The position numbers and the translations under genes were made by a program. From positions 3,366-67,365 of the forward strand of contig DAOUAM010000054.1 in NCBI GenBank assembly GCA_034433305.1: a DNA stretch of 64,000 nt, read 5' to 3'. The stretch's first letter is position 1. Every line of letters starts with the position of its first letter. Under the pieces are notes generated by a model. It saw only the letters and a list, made by a program, of their open reading frames with translations, was not told the origin of the DNA and searched no databases. This document shows, piece after piece, positions 35,492 through 45,136 of the stretch. This DNA is from Dehalococcoidia bacterium (lineage in GTDB: Bacteria > Chloroflexota > Dehalococcoidia > Lucifugimonadales > DAOUAM01).

Positions 35492-36967
35492 CTAGCTCTC
35501 AGGGATGCCGTAAACATCCACGAAGAAGTCGAAACGCTCGCGCCTGACCAGGCCAATCTCATAGGCCAGGGAGAAGGTCTCGCCCGGCTGGAGGATGCCA
35601 TCGCCCAGTGCTTCCGGTGGCACCGAGAGTATGGAGCCTACCCCACCCGACCCACCGTCCGCGTTGAGCACCACGTGGCCGCCAGATAGCACCATCACCA
35701 CCGTGTGCATGTCTGTGATGTCCACCGAGGAGATGTTCTTCCACGTGGCGGTTATGGTGTAAACGCCAGCGGGGGCGCGGTTATCGGCGGGATTGTAGGA
35801 GGTGGTGAGGTTTTGAAGGCTGAGCAGGTCATTGACCAGCACCGGCTCCGGTGCGCTGGCCGGCGTTACCTCCACCGTGACCAGGGCTATGTCAGTGCCG
35901 CCCTGGCCGTCGCTGACCGTGTAGGTGAAGGTGTCGGTGCCCTGAAAGCCGGAGGCGGGCTGGTAGGTCACTGTGCCGTCGGGGTTCACCTGCACTGTGC
36001 CGTTGGAGGCCTGGGTCACGGCGATCACTTCCAGGTCTGCGTTCTCGGGGTCCGAGTCGTTGTCCAGGACATCAACGTCCACCGGTGTCCCTGCTGGCGT
36101 GGACGCAGCGTCGTCCACCGCCACGGGCGGGCGCGTGTCCACGAAGCTCCCCGCCTTGATGAACACTGCCGAGTCCAGCAAGTCGTCACCGGCGTCGCCG
36201 ATGGCCAGCTTGATGTGGTTGGTCTCGTCGGCTATTACCTCGGCCTCGACCATCAGCACGACAGTGAGGCCGTCCAGCTCTGTGTTGACGGTGCCTCCGC
36301 CGTCGTCCAGGTCGTTGTTGATGTACAGGTCAGGGTGGCTGGCGTTTATGCCAAAGGGGTTGCCACCATTGACGTTGTTGATGGCTACGGGCGTGGCGTT
36401 GCCAGGAATGAGCGCAACGTTGTCCCCATTGAGAAAGAAGGCAAAGACGTCGTTGAAGGGGCTGTTGACAAACTCGTTATACTCTTCTGATGCGAAGACA
36501 TACTCAAAGGTAATGATGTCGTGGCTGGGAACGAAATCAAACTCCAGCACAGCCGCGTCGAAGGTCTGCACCTCCTGCTCCGCCACCAGCGCATCCAGGT
36601 CGTCGTCGCCCGGGGCGCCGTTGCTGCCTGACATGAAGTCGCTGAGGTTGGGCCCTGCCACGTCGGCTGCGGAGCCTGTGCTCAGGACAATGCCACTGTC
36701 GAACCCGATAATTCCATTCCCGCCGGTAAACGTGCCCGCGGCGGCTTCCACGCCGTGGTACTGGACGTTGCTCACGGTCACGTCGCCCCCACCCAAAAGA
36801 GCCGCCACCAGGTCTTCGGGAGTCTGGCCGGACAGATCAGAAACCACAAGGTCGCTATCGGCGTGTGCCTGGGTCACCCAGGAGAGCCAGAGGGCCACGG
36901 CCAGCAGCAGCGTCAGCTTCACCAGGATGCGACCGATGCCATCGGGGGCTACACCTGTCCTGTACAT
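35492..36967 (-). CDS. Secreted choice-of-anchor L domain protein with a cadherin-like/Ig repeat
   Basis: Signal peptide (LLLAVALWLSWVTQAHA). NVQYHGVEAAAGTFTGG..GIVLSTG..LEFDFVP..FEYVFASEEYNEF..NDVFAFFLNG..IGDAGDDLLDSAVFI. Then VAVDDAASTPAGTPVDVDVLDNDSDPE. GGAGG upstream of ATG 36967. Confidence 0.75.
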   Translation of the reverse strand: MYRTGVAPDGIGRILVKLTLLLAVALWLSWVTQAHADSDLVVSDLSGQTPEDLVAALLGGGDVTVSNVQYHGVEAAAGTFTGGNGIIGFDSGIVLSTGSAADVAGPNLSDFMSGSNGAPGDDDLDALVAEQEVQTFDAAVLEFDFVPSHDIITFEYVFASEEYNEFVNSPFNDVFAFFLNGDNVALIPGNATPVAINNVNGGNPFGINASHPDLYINNDLDDGGGTVNTELDGLTVVLMVEAEVIADETNHIKLAIGDAGDDLLDSAVFIKAGSFVDTRPPVAVDDAASTPAGTPVDVDVLDNDSDPENADLEVIAVTQASNGTVQVNPDGTVTYQPASGFQGTDTFTYTVSDGQGGTDIALVTVEVTPASAPEPVLVNDLLSLQNLTTSYNPADNRAPAGVYTITATWKNISSVDITDMHTVVMVLSGGHVVLNADGGSGGVGSILSVPPEALGDGILQPGETFSLAYEIGLVRRERFDFFVDVYGIPES

Positions 36968-37177
36968 AGGTCCTCCGCAAGGGCTTCCCGGCCCCTGGCC
37001 GCGGCCGGCGACGGCTGTATGCCTCCTGGCACGGCAGAGGCCGGGCAACACTGTTCCGACTTCGCTTTCCAGTACTGGAATGGACTCCCACGCCCCACTG
37101 GAAACATGCGGATGGACGCACACGAAGCGGGCGCTGAGTAACGCTGATGGCGCGGCCCTTGGGGTGGTCTGGCTGCC

Positions 37178-38266
37178 ATGAAGGTCCTCGCCGAAGCCGA
37201 GTTCCTGACCTGCTGCTGCCGCGAGGAGGCATCGCGGGACGCGGAGGCGCCGCGCACCAGTGCGGCGGCGGTACGGCGCTGGGAGCAGGTAGTCCTGCTG
37301 GCCGCCAGGCATGGGGTAGCTGGCCTGGTGCTACCCACCGTGGAGTCGTTAGCGCGGGAAGGAAGTGCCCCCCTGGAGGCCGAGGCAGGACTCCGGCGCA
37401 TCGCCGCGCTCCACGTCGCCAGGACGGCGCGCCTGCGGCTGGCCCTGACTGAGGTACTGGCCGCGGCGCGACAGCGCGGTGTGAAGGTCATGGTACTGAA
37501 AGGCGCGGCGCTGGGGACCATGCTCTACCAGGACCCACTGCTACGGCCCTCCCAGGACATAGACTTGCTCTGCCAGGAGACCGAATACGAAGGCGTGCGC
37601 GACACACTGCTGCGCCTGGGCTACACCACGCAGGACGGGCTTGCCACAGTCCGCCGGCGTGCTTCCCTGGAGACCCTTTTCGAGCGCCACTTTCAGCACC
37701 CCGACGGCCTCGTAGAGGTAGAGCTTCACACAGACTGCATCAAGCTGGGAGTAAGGCCCCGGCACTCCGAGGCCATCTGGGGCAGGGCGATGGCCGTGGA
37801 GATAGACGGCGAGCCAGCCCTGACGCTGGCCCCGGACGACCAGGTGCTGGTGCTGAGCATCCACCTGCACCGGCACGGCTTCAACAGGCTCATCTGGTTC
37901 AAGGACATGGACCTGCTGCTGCGCCTGTACGGGCCCTCGCTGGACTGGGAGAGGATATGCGCCGAGGCTGGCAGCGAAGGGGCGACGCCATCCCTCTGGT
38001 ACACCCTGAGCTTGCTGGCTGCCATCCTCCACCCACCCATTCCGCCGGAGGTGCTGCGCGTGACAAGGCCGCCGGCTATCATCAGATGGGCGCTGGCGCG
38101 TATCTGGCCGGAAGCGGAGGTCGTGAACCTGCGGAGCAAGACCAGGAGGCGGGCCGTCCAGTTCAGCGTGCATGAGTCCTGGCGCGGGACGCTGCCCAGC
38201 CTGGTGCTGATGGGCCGCAGGCGCGAGAAGGTCGGCATACTGCTGCGCCGCCTGCTGCCAGGCTAG
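37178..38266 (+). CDS. Uncharacterised nucleotidyltransferase family protein (PF14907-like)
   Basis: 362 aa. SQDIDLLC, VELHTD and FKDMDLL motifs, plus the N-terminal 'rescue' helix region typical of the family seen next to PqqD/HprK-like genes. Confidence 0.6.
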   Translation: MKVLAEAEFLTCCCREEASRDAEAPRTSAAAVRRWEQVVLLAARHGVAGLVLPTVESLAREGSAPLEAEAGLRRIAALHVARTARLRLALTEVLAAARQRGVKVMVLKGAALGTMLYQDPLLRPSQDIDLLCQETEYEGVRDTLLRLGYTTQDGLATVRRRASLETLFERHFQHPDGLVEVELHTDCIKLGVRPRHSEAIWGRAMAVEIDGEPALTLAPDDQVLVLSIHLHRHGFNRLIWFKDMDLLLRLYGPSLDWERICAEAGSEGATPSLWYTLSLLAAILHPPIPPEVLRVTRPPAIIRWALARIWPEAEVVNLRSKTRRRAVQFSVHESWRGTLPSLVLMGRRREKVGILLRRLLPG

Positions 38267-38381
38267 CGCTCCTTGACCTGATTTTTCCTGCAGGCGTGAG
38301 ACCACTGGCACGGGCCGGGCCGAACGCCAGGCGGCCGGCAGGCCATGACGACCAGCTATAGCACCTGCCGTCCAGAAGTAG

Positions 38382-38410
38382 TTGACTAGCGCTGTTCATA
38401 CTGCTACACT
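38382..38410 (+). promoter_or_regulatory. Sigma-70-like promoter (TTGACT, 17 nt, TACACT)
   Basis: TTGACT at 38382-38387 and TACACT at 38405-38410, upstream of the 38486 ORF, which has a GAAGGAGAG SD. Confidence 0.5.
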
Positions 38411-38485
38411 TGTGCAATCACTATCGGTCACTGTTTAGTAAGCGTAGGTGTGCTGAGGGTCCCGGAGTGAAGGAGAGTCGAAAGC

Positions 38486-38968
38486 ATGGCTAAGCTCAAA
38501 GCCATCAAGCGGTGGCCTTTGTGGGCCCTGGGGACCGCGCTGGCGTTGGTGCTGCTCGTGGTCACGGGAGCCGGCCTGGCGACGCGCATGGTGGCCGCAC
38601 AGTCCACCAACAATGAGCGCTTCGGCGGGGTGGGTAACGTGGTCAACCTGTCGCTTACAGCAGAACGCCTCGACCCCTGCACCAGTGAGATCCCCGTCGG
38701 CGCCAACTACTATGAGGTGCCGGAAGACCAGGTCCTGCTGATAACCGACATCGTAACCGTGGGCGGAGGTAAGACCATCCGCATCCTGACTGACGTCAGG
38801 AAGGTGCCGATATTCCGCCTGCCCAGCAACGCCACCGTTAAGCTCGATACGCCGCTGGTAATCTACGGTGGAGAGAAGCTTTGCGTCGGGCATGGCCCTG
38901 ATGAAAGCACCGCGAACTACTCCGTTTCCCTCTCCGGTACCCTCCTGGACGATCGGCGCGGCCGCTAG
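38486..38968 (+). CDS. Hypothetical N-terminally anchored or secreted protein
   Basis: 160 aa. TM/signal segment WPLWALGTALALVLLVVTGAGL. No recognisable domain. Confidence 0.5.
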   Translation: MAKLKAIKRWPLWALGTALALVLLVVTGAGLATRMVAAQSTNNERFGGVGNVVNLSLTAERLDPCTSEIPVGANYYEVPEDQVLLITDIVTVGGGKTIRILTDVRKVPIFRLPSNATVKLDTPLVIYGGEKLCVGHGPDESTANYSVSLSGTLLDDRRGR

Positions 38969-38997
38969 GCTACCCACTCAAAGCAAGCAGCCCCTCA

Positions 38998-39027
38998 CAC
39001 AGGCCCTCGGTGTACCGAGGGCCTGTG
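38998..39027 (+). terminator. Terminator-like GC hairpin (no clear U-tract)
   Basis: 13-bp stem CACAGGCCCTCGG / CCGAGGGCCTGTG with a TGTA loop, immediately after the 38968 stop. Confidence 0.4.
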
Positions 39028-39154
39028 GTGTCCTGGCGCCGTGCAAGGCCGGCGCTGCCACCCCTGAATACATGGTTGCACTCTGCACCCGAAGTTGCCA
39101 CAATGGGGAGAGGGGCCGCCAGCCCGTCGCGCTTGAGGGGGCTGTCCCTGGGGC

Positions 39155-39748
39155 ATGACCAAGAGAGCACTCACCTTTGCCGCGCTGCTATTCCTTGTGC
39201 TGGGCTTTGTCGGCCTGCTGGGACTGGGTCTCATGGACAGGTCGCCAGTGACAGGCCGGAGCGGGGCCACCCGGGTCGGCAAGCCAGCGCCAGACTTCGT
39301 GCTGCCACTTTTCAGCGGCGGGGAGTTCAAGCTCTCAGCCTACCGTGGTCAGCCTCTCGTCATCAACTTCTGGGCGTCCTGGTGCCCGCCGTGCGTGGAG
39401 GAGGCGCCGGCCCTGGAGCGGGTCTGGCAGAGCTACAGGGACCAGGGAATTGTGGTGTTGGGTGTCAACATGCAGGACGCCGAGGGTGATGCCAGGGCTT
39501 TTCTGGCCCAGTTCAACATTACCTATCCCAACGGCCCGGACACAACAGGGAGCGTAACAGTGGACTACGGCGTCATTGGCCTGCCAGTCACCTTCTTCGT
39601 TGACCGGCAGGGCGTGGTGCAGCGCCGCTGGGTGGGCGCTATATCTGAGTCCCAGCTTACGACCTGGGCCGAGGCCCTGCTCTCCGGTGCGCCTGCCTCT
39701 GGCCCCACTGAGGGCGAGAACCCCCAGGAGTTCTACAAATTTAACTAG
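39155..39748 (+). CDS. TlpA/ResA-family thiol:disulfide oxidoreductase
   Basis: N-terminal TM anchor and a FWASWCPPCVEEAP thioredoxin CxxC motif. Confidence 0.85.
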   Translation: MTKRALTFAALLFLVLGFVGLLGLGLMDRSPVTGRSGATRVGKPAPDFVLPLFSGGEFKLSAYRGQPLVINFWASWCPPCVEEAPALERVWQSYRDQGIVVLGVNMQDAEGDARAFLAQFNITYPNGPDTTGSVTVDYGVIGLPVTFFVDRQGVVQRRWVGAISESQLTTWAEALLSGAPASGPTEGENPQEFYKFN

Positions 39749-39805
39749 CCGTCACCTCTTCCCTGCTGGCTACGGACGCCGGCCCCACCATGTGGACTTT
39801 AACAA

Positions 39806-39976
39806 CAGGACAGGGTAATGACGTGACCAGCCCCCTCTCTGGCTCTCCCCCACAGGGGGCGAGGATGTCCCTTCCCCCCTGTGGGGAAGGCCAGGGCCTT
39901 CCCCTTCGGCACGCTCAGGACAGGCCCGAGCCTGTCGAGGGGAAGGGGACATGGTGCCGCCCTGAAATCGCCCTCT
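39806..39976 (+). repeat. MITE-like intergenic repeat, copy C
   Basis: CAGGACAGGGTAATGACGTGACCAGCCCCCTCTCTGGCTCTCCCCCACAGGGGGCGAGG..CCCTGTGGGGAAGG..CGGCACGCTCAGGACAGGCCCGAGCCTGTCGAGGGGAAGGGGACATGGTGCCGCCCTGAA matches copy B in reverse complement. Confidence 0.6.
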
Positions 39977-41017
39977 CTACAATGGCAGGTACACCTTCTT
40001 GCCTGACTGGCCGCTGCGGATGACAGCCTCGGTGAACTCCATGTACTTCACGCCGTCCTCGAAGGATGTGTGAGTGACAGGCTCCAGGCCACGGATGGCA
40101 TTGATGAACTCCTCCTCCACGCGCCAACGCCCCTGCTTCTCCGGCGGCACGGGTATCTCGGCCAGCTTGTCGTCGCCACGCCGGCCGCCGAAGAGCTTGA
40201 GCGTGGGCGCGTCCAGGTGCAGCGTGCCGTCGGTGCCGAACATCCAGACGCCGTCGGAGGGCGCCAGGCCGGTGACGGTACTGAAGCGCATGTGGACCAC
40301 CGGGCCAGAGGCCATCTCGCACAGTACCTCCACGTGGTCGGGGATGGTGATGTAGCGAAGACCGCCAGCCTCGTCCTTGCGGGACGTCACGTTGACCCTG
40401 GTAAGGGCCATGACGCTGCCCGCCGGGCCCAGCCAGCGCATCATGGCCTCGTACCAGATGCCCATCTGCATAGTGTTGTAGCCGCTCAGGTCGCGGTTAT
40501 GGCGCCAGTGGAAGGGAGCGTCGTAGTCTATGAAGCTGCCCTGGTGGACCGCCATGTCCACCGAGAGGATTTTGCCCAGGTAGCCATCAGCGATAAGCTC
40601 CTTGATGACCTTGTCCACCTTGAGCGTATGGGGAGCAGGGACGATCTGGGTCACCAGCTTTGGCTTCTTGCGGGCGGCGGCCAGCATGGTGTGGGCCTCG
40701 GCGGCGTTCATGGCCATGCGGGCCTCGGTCAGGACGTGCTTGTTGGCGTCCAGGGCGGCCAGCACCAGGGTGCAGTGCATGTAGGGCCAGGTGCCGATGC
40801 AGATGGCGTCGGTGTCCGGCGCGGCGATGAGGTCTTGCCAGTTATCGTACACCCTGGGGATTTCGTACTCGTCGGCGATCTTCTGGCCGGACTCGCGGCT
40901 GCGGTTGGCAACACTGATAATGTCCACGCCCTGGATGGCCTTGAAGCCCGGGATGTGCCGGAGCCGGGTGTTGGCCCCGGCGCCGACCAGGCCGATGCGA
41001 ATGATGTCGTTGGTCAT
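39977..41017 (-). CDS. Gfo/Idh/MocA family oxidoreductase
   Basis: IRIGLVGAGANTRLRHIPGF Rossmann N-terminus and the C-terminal alpha/beta domain. Confidence 0.85.
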   Translation of the reverse strand: MTNDIIRIGLVGAGANTRLRHIPGFKAIQGVDIISVANRSRESGQKIADEYEIPRVYDNWQDLIAAPDTDAICIGTWPYMHCTLVLAALDANKHVLTEARMAMNAAEAHTMLAAARKKPKLVTQIVPAPHTLKVDKVIKELIADGYLGKILSVDMAVHQGSFIDYDAPFHWRHNRDLSGYNTMQMGIWYEAMMRWLGPAGSVMALTRVNVTSRKDEAGGLRYITIPDHVEVLCEMASGPVVHMRFSTVTGLAPSDGVWMFGTDGTLHLDAPTLKLFGGRRGDDKLAEIPVPPEKQGRWRVEEEFINAIRGLEPVTHTSFEDGVKYMEFTEAVIRSGQSGKKVYLPL

Positions 41018-41167
41018 GTCCCGTCCTCTCTCGAAGGAGTGTTGAGCATCGGGTCAGATTATAGGCGAGCGGCTGGGCATAGTCCAGCCACCCGCCCCGG
41101 AGGCCATTGCCTGGTCTGGCCGCTCGCTGCTACGGGCAGGCGCGCCAATGCCTGGACATCCGCCTGG

Positions 41168-41863
41168 TCACAGGAACCTGTCAAGCTCGGTCAAACTAGC
41201 GACCCAGGGCATGGTGCCGCTGGCAGGCCGTCCGTAGCGGGCCATCAGCACGGCGGCGAGGCCCAGCTTGCTGGCAGCCTCCACATTCTCTGGCGCATCG
41301 TCCACGAACAGGATGTTTTCAGGCGGCAAGCCCAGGGCCTCGATGGCGGCCCGGAATATCCTGGTATCAGGCTTGGAGCAGCCCACGTGGCAGGACAGGA
41401 CGAAGGCCCTGAAATACTCGCGCAGCCCCAGGAGACGGTACTTCCGGTCCAGCGAGGGCCAGGTGTTGGACAGGATGCCCAGCTCCACGCCGGCCTCTTG
41501 CAACGCATTGAGGGCCGGGTGAGTGTCCGGAAAGACCTCGAAATTGGGTACGCTTACCAGCACGTCGGCCAGCGTCCAGGAGAGGTCGTGGGGAGGCGAG
41601 GCCAGCCCCATGCGCTTCAGCAGGATGTCATAGAACACCTGGAACTGGGCACGCTCCTCGTCCTCCGTGCTGAGGCGGTGATTGTCAGTGAGGTACCTGA
41701 GGCCCTCCTGAATGCCTGCCTCCAGCTGTCCCCAGTCAAGCTCCCGGACTCCCCTGGCGGCCAGCACCTCACGGAAGTGATGGCCCGGAAGCCACGTGCC
41801 TCCTAGCGGGCGCACCAGCGTGTCGCCGGAGTCCAGCAGAATACCCTTGATGTCGCCTGACAT
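41168..41863 (-). CDS. HAD-superfamily hydrolase
   Basis: ILLDSGDTLV (DxD motif I), SNT (motif II) and FVDDAPENV (motif IV). ATG at 41863. Confidence 0.75.
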   Translation of the reverse strand: MSGDIKGILLDSGDTLVRPLGGTWLPGHHFREVLAARGVRELDWGQLEAGIQEGLRYLTDNHRLSTEDEERAQFQVFYDILLKRMGLASPPHDLSWTLADVLVSVPNFEVFPDTHPALNALQEAGVELGILSNTWPSLDRKYRLLGLREYFRAFVLSCHVGCSKPDTRIFRAAIEALGLPPENILFVDDAPENVEAASKLGLAAVLMARYGRPASGTMPWVASLTELDRFL

Positions 41864-41865
41864 GG

Positions 41866-42771
41866 CTATCTGGCAGGTGGGTAAAGCAGCCTGCCCTGCC
41901 GCCTGGTGATGGCCTGGAAGACGTAGCCCTCCCCGGTTGTGACGTACAGGACGTTGAGGCCGGGGCCGCCGAAGGTGCAGTTGGTGGGCCGGTCCACGGG
42001 CACCGGGTGCCGCTCCAGCACCTCGCCCGTGGGCGAGAAGACGTAGATGGACGGGCCAGGGCCACCCTGCCGGTAGCCCGCCGTGGCGATGATGTTGCCC
42101 TCGACGTCCAGGCACATGCCGTCAATGCCCCGGTGGGGGCCGAAGTCGTGCAGCACCTTGCATGGCCCCAGGCTGCCATCCTCATTGACGGGGTATGCCC
42201 GGAGCTGGCGCTTCTCGTCCGGGTTGCGCCCGCTCTGGGCCACGTAGAGGGTCTTATAGTCCAGGGAGAACAGGATGCCGTTGGGGCGCGTCGTGTCGAA
42301 GGTGACGCGCGTCACGGACCAGGTGCCGTCGGGCTGCGGGTCCAGGCGGTAGACCGAGTCGTGGTCAAGCTCCTTGTTGGCGCGGTCCAGGCTCCAGGGG
42401 CCGCCAGCGCCCTCGTAGTAAGGGTCTGTGAACCACACCCGGCCCTGAAGGTCTATGGCCAGGTCGTTGGGAATGTTGAAGCGTTTGCCCTGGAACCTGT
42501 CGGCCAGGACGGTGACGCCGCCGTCCCGCTCGTAGCGCACCACCCGCCGGGCGCCGCCTTCGCAGGCGTACAGCGCGCCGTCCTTGTCGAACATGAGGCC
42601 GTTGGCGCAGTTGGTGTCGGACCGGAACACCGATGTAGTCTTTGTCGCGGGGTCATAGCGCATGATGCGACTGGCCGGGATGTGGGTGAACAGCAGGCCG
42701 GCGCCGTCCCAGGCCGGCCCTTCCGTGGTCCCGCCGTAGGGACCGCTGATGAGAACAAAGTCCCAGGGCAT
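41866..42771 (-). CDS. SMP-30/gluconolactonase/LRE family protein
   Basis: EGPAWD.., NGLMFDKDGALYACE, PNDLAIDLQGRVWFTDP, PNGILFS and GIDGMCLDVEGNI are beta-propeller lactonase motifs. Confidence 0.85.
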   Translation of the reverse strand: MPWDFVLISGPYGGTTEGPAWDGAGLLFTHIPASRIMRYDPATKTTSVFRSDTNCANGLMFDKDGALYACEGGARRVVRYERDGGVTVLADRFQGKRFNIPNDLAIDLQGRVWFTDPYYEGAGGPWSLDRANKELDHDSVYRLDPQPDGTWSVTRVTFDTTRPNGILFSLDYKTLYVAQSGRNPDEKRQLRAYPVNEDGSLGPCKVLHDFGPHRGIDGMCLDVEGNIIATAGYRQGGPGPSIYVFSPTGEVLERHPVPVDRPTNCTFGGPGLNVLYVTTGEGYVFQAITRRQGRLLYPPAR

Positions 42772-42817
42772 GTCGGCCTCCTCTCCGCCTGATTATGCCC
42801 GCCTCAGCAGGGGCTAG

Positions 42818-43645
42818 CTAGATGACCTCTTTGGACTCGCCCACGTCGCCGGCGCCGGCGACGCCTAGCTCCTCGCCAGCCTTTCTGATGGCGCCGAACT
42901 CCTGCCGGAAGCCGTTGTGCATGGTGCGGGCGTCGGTGCTGTACAGGACGAAGCGGGCGCCCTCGCGCAGCCACTTGATGGTAAGCTCCACCGACTGGTG
43001 GTGAATCATGCAGGGCACGTTGCGGGCCTTGCAGGCCTTGATAATCCGGCGGAGCGCTGCCTCGTAGTCCGGGTGCTCGTACTGGTTGGGGATGCCCAGG
43101 GAGATGCTCAGGTCATTAGGCCCCACGAATATGGCGTCTATACCATTGACCTTGAGGATATTCTCCAGGTTCTCGATAGCTGGCACGCTCTCGATGCCGA
43201 TGATGCAGACGTTGTTGCGGTTGAGGTCCTCCAGGTACTTCCTGGAAGCCTCGCTGGGGAACTGGCCGGACTCGACGGCCTTGCGCACCAGCGCCCCCTT
43301 GAGCGGGCGCCACCTGGCCGCGCCCACGACCTCCTTGACCTCCTCCACGGTCTCGCAGTAGGGCGCCAGGACACCCTGGGCGCCGGCGTCCAGGGCCATG
43401 GTGACGTAGTGGGAGTCTGGTATCGGCACCCTGATGATGGGCACGACGCCGGTAAAGTTGAAGGCGGCGAGGAAGTCGGCCACCTCGTCGCGGCCACGGG
43501 GCGAGTGCTCCGTGTCTATGATGACGTAGTCCAGGCCAAAGCGGGACATGGGCGTGGACCAGCGCGGGTTGCGGCTCATGGAAAGCATGGTGCCGTACAC
43601 GACGCCGCCAGCCTTCAGCTTCTTCTTCAGTTCCTCCCCGTTCAT
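42818..43645 (-). CDS. HpcH/HpaI family 2-keto-3-deoxy-sugar-acid aldolase
   Basis: LDYVIIDTEHSP.., IIRVP, IIGIES.. and FVGPNDLS motifs. AGGAGG upstream of ATG 43645. Confidence 0.85.
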   Translation of the reverse strand: MNGEELKKKLKAGGVVYGTMLSMSRNPRWSTPMSRFGLDYVIIDTEHSPRGRDEVADFLAAFNFTGVVPIIRVPIPDSHYVTMALDAGAQGVLAPYCETVEEVKEVVGAARWRPLKGALVRKAVESGQFPSEASRKYLEDLNRNNVCIIGIESVPAIENLENILKVNGIDAIFVGPNDLSISLGIPNQYEHPDYEAALRRIIKACKARNVPCMIHHQSVELTIKWLREGARFVLYSTDARTMHNGFRQEFGAIRKAGEELGVAGAGDVGESKEVI

Positions 43646-43906
43646 ATATCCTCCTGTCGGCTTGGTATCTGCCAGGGTCACGGCCTGAAGTGATGTTCCA
43701 GGGCCTTGTACCGCTTGATTGTAGCTTCCAGGCTGAAGGTGTCAAGTCTCCACCGCAGGTTGCCGGCGGCAGGTCCACCAGGCCTGTGACCGGTCGCACG
43801 CTGTTGACTGCCGGCAGGCCTGGTGCTACTCTGGCGCGGCGGCCTGCCGCGCCGTCCCCTGCCGACGGCCCGCGCAGGACGAATTGCGCTGACCTGGGGC
43901 TGGGAC

Positions 43907-45130
43907 ATGCGCCGGCTGGACTACGGCTGGGTGATACTGGCGACAGGCTTCATTGTCCTGTTCTTTGGCGGGGGCTCCAGGTTCACCTTCGGGCTGATGC
44001 TCAAGCCCATGACTGATGAGCTGCACTGGACCCGCTCGTCCCTGTCACTGGCGGTGACCGCCTACATGGTGGTGTCGGCCCTGGCAATGCCCCTGGTGGG
44101 CCGCCTCATGGACAGGTACGAGGCGCGCTGGGTCATGGCTGGCGCCGTGCTGCTGGGCGCCGCCGGCATCGGACTGATGGGCCTGGTCACGCAGCCGTGG
44201 CACGTCTTCGCCCTGTACGGCCTGGTGTACGCCGTGGGCAGCGCGGGGACTTCGGTCTCGCCTGTGGGGGTCGTCATAAGCCGCTGGTTCTCCCGGCGCC
44301 GTGGCATCGCCAATAGCGCCGCCATTGCTGGCAACGCCGTGGGGCAGTTGCTCATCATCGCCGTGCTGACCTCGGTGCTGACGGCCGCGGGGTGGCGCCT
44401 GTCCTACAGGCTGCTGGGCGCCGTCTACGCGGCGGTCGCGCTGCCGCTGGTGCTGGCCGCCCTGCGGCCCAGGCCACAGGACGCGCCCGGTAGCGCCGCC
44501 ACTCCCGCAGGCGGCACAGCAGGCAACGCGTCCGGGGGCGCTCCCCACACAGGCGGCGTACTTACCTCGCGGCAGTTCTGGCTCCTCCTGGTGGTGTACT
44601 CCATCTGCGGCTTCCAGGACTTCTTCGTTGCCACCCACGTGGTGGCCTTCGCCACCGATGAAGGAGTCAGCCAGGTGCTGGCGGGCAACCTCCTGGCGCT
44701 TATGGGCCTGATGGGCGTGGCCGGCGTGATGACGTCGGGCCTGCTGGCCGACGCCTGGGGCGCGACGCGGCCGGCCGGGCTATGTTTCCTGCTGCGCATC
44801 GCCATCTTTGGCCTGGTGCTGCTGGACCAGGGTACGGCCAGCATAGTCGCCTTCGCCTTGCTGTACGGCCTCACCTTCCTCATCACGGCGCCCCTCACGG
44901 TCATCTTCGCCGGCAACATTTTTGGCATGGCGCGGCTGGGCACGGTGAGCGGCGCCATCTCCATGGTCCATCAGATCACCGGAGGGCTGGGCGCCTACGC
45001 TGGCGCCTTCTCCTACGACCGCTGGGCCAGCTACGACGGGGCCTTCGCGCTGATGCTGGCGCTGTCCCTCATAGCCACGCTGGCGACGGCGCTGGTGAGA
45101 GACAGGCGAGCGCTCCACACGGCGTGCTAG
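43907..45130 (+). CDS. MFS transporter
   Basis: About 12 predicted TM helices and an MFS loop motif (GRLMDRYEARW). Confidence 0.8.
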   Translation: MRRLDYGWVILATGFIVLFFGGGSRFTFGLMLKPMTDELHWTRSSLSLAVTAYMVVSALAMPLVGRLMDRYEARWVMAGAVLLGAAGIGLMGLVTQPWHVFALYGLVYAVGSAGTSVSPVGVVISRWFSRRRGIANSAAIAGNAVGQLLIIAVLTSVLTAAGWRLSYRLLGAVYAAVALPLVLAALRPRPQDAPGSAATPAGGTAGNASGGAPHTGGVLTSRQFWLLLVVYSICGFQDFFVATHVVAFATDEGVSQVLAGNLLALMGLMGVAGVMTSGLLADAWGATRPAGLCFLLRIAIFGLVLLDQGTASIVAFALLYGLTFLITAPLTVIFAGNIFGMARLGTVSGAISMVHQITGGLGAYAGAFSYDRWASYDGAFALMLALSLIATLATALVRDRRALHTAC

Positions 45131-45136
45131 CAGGCG

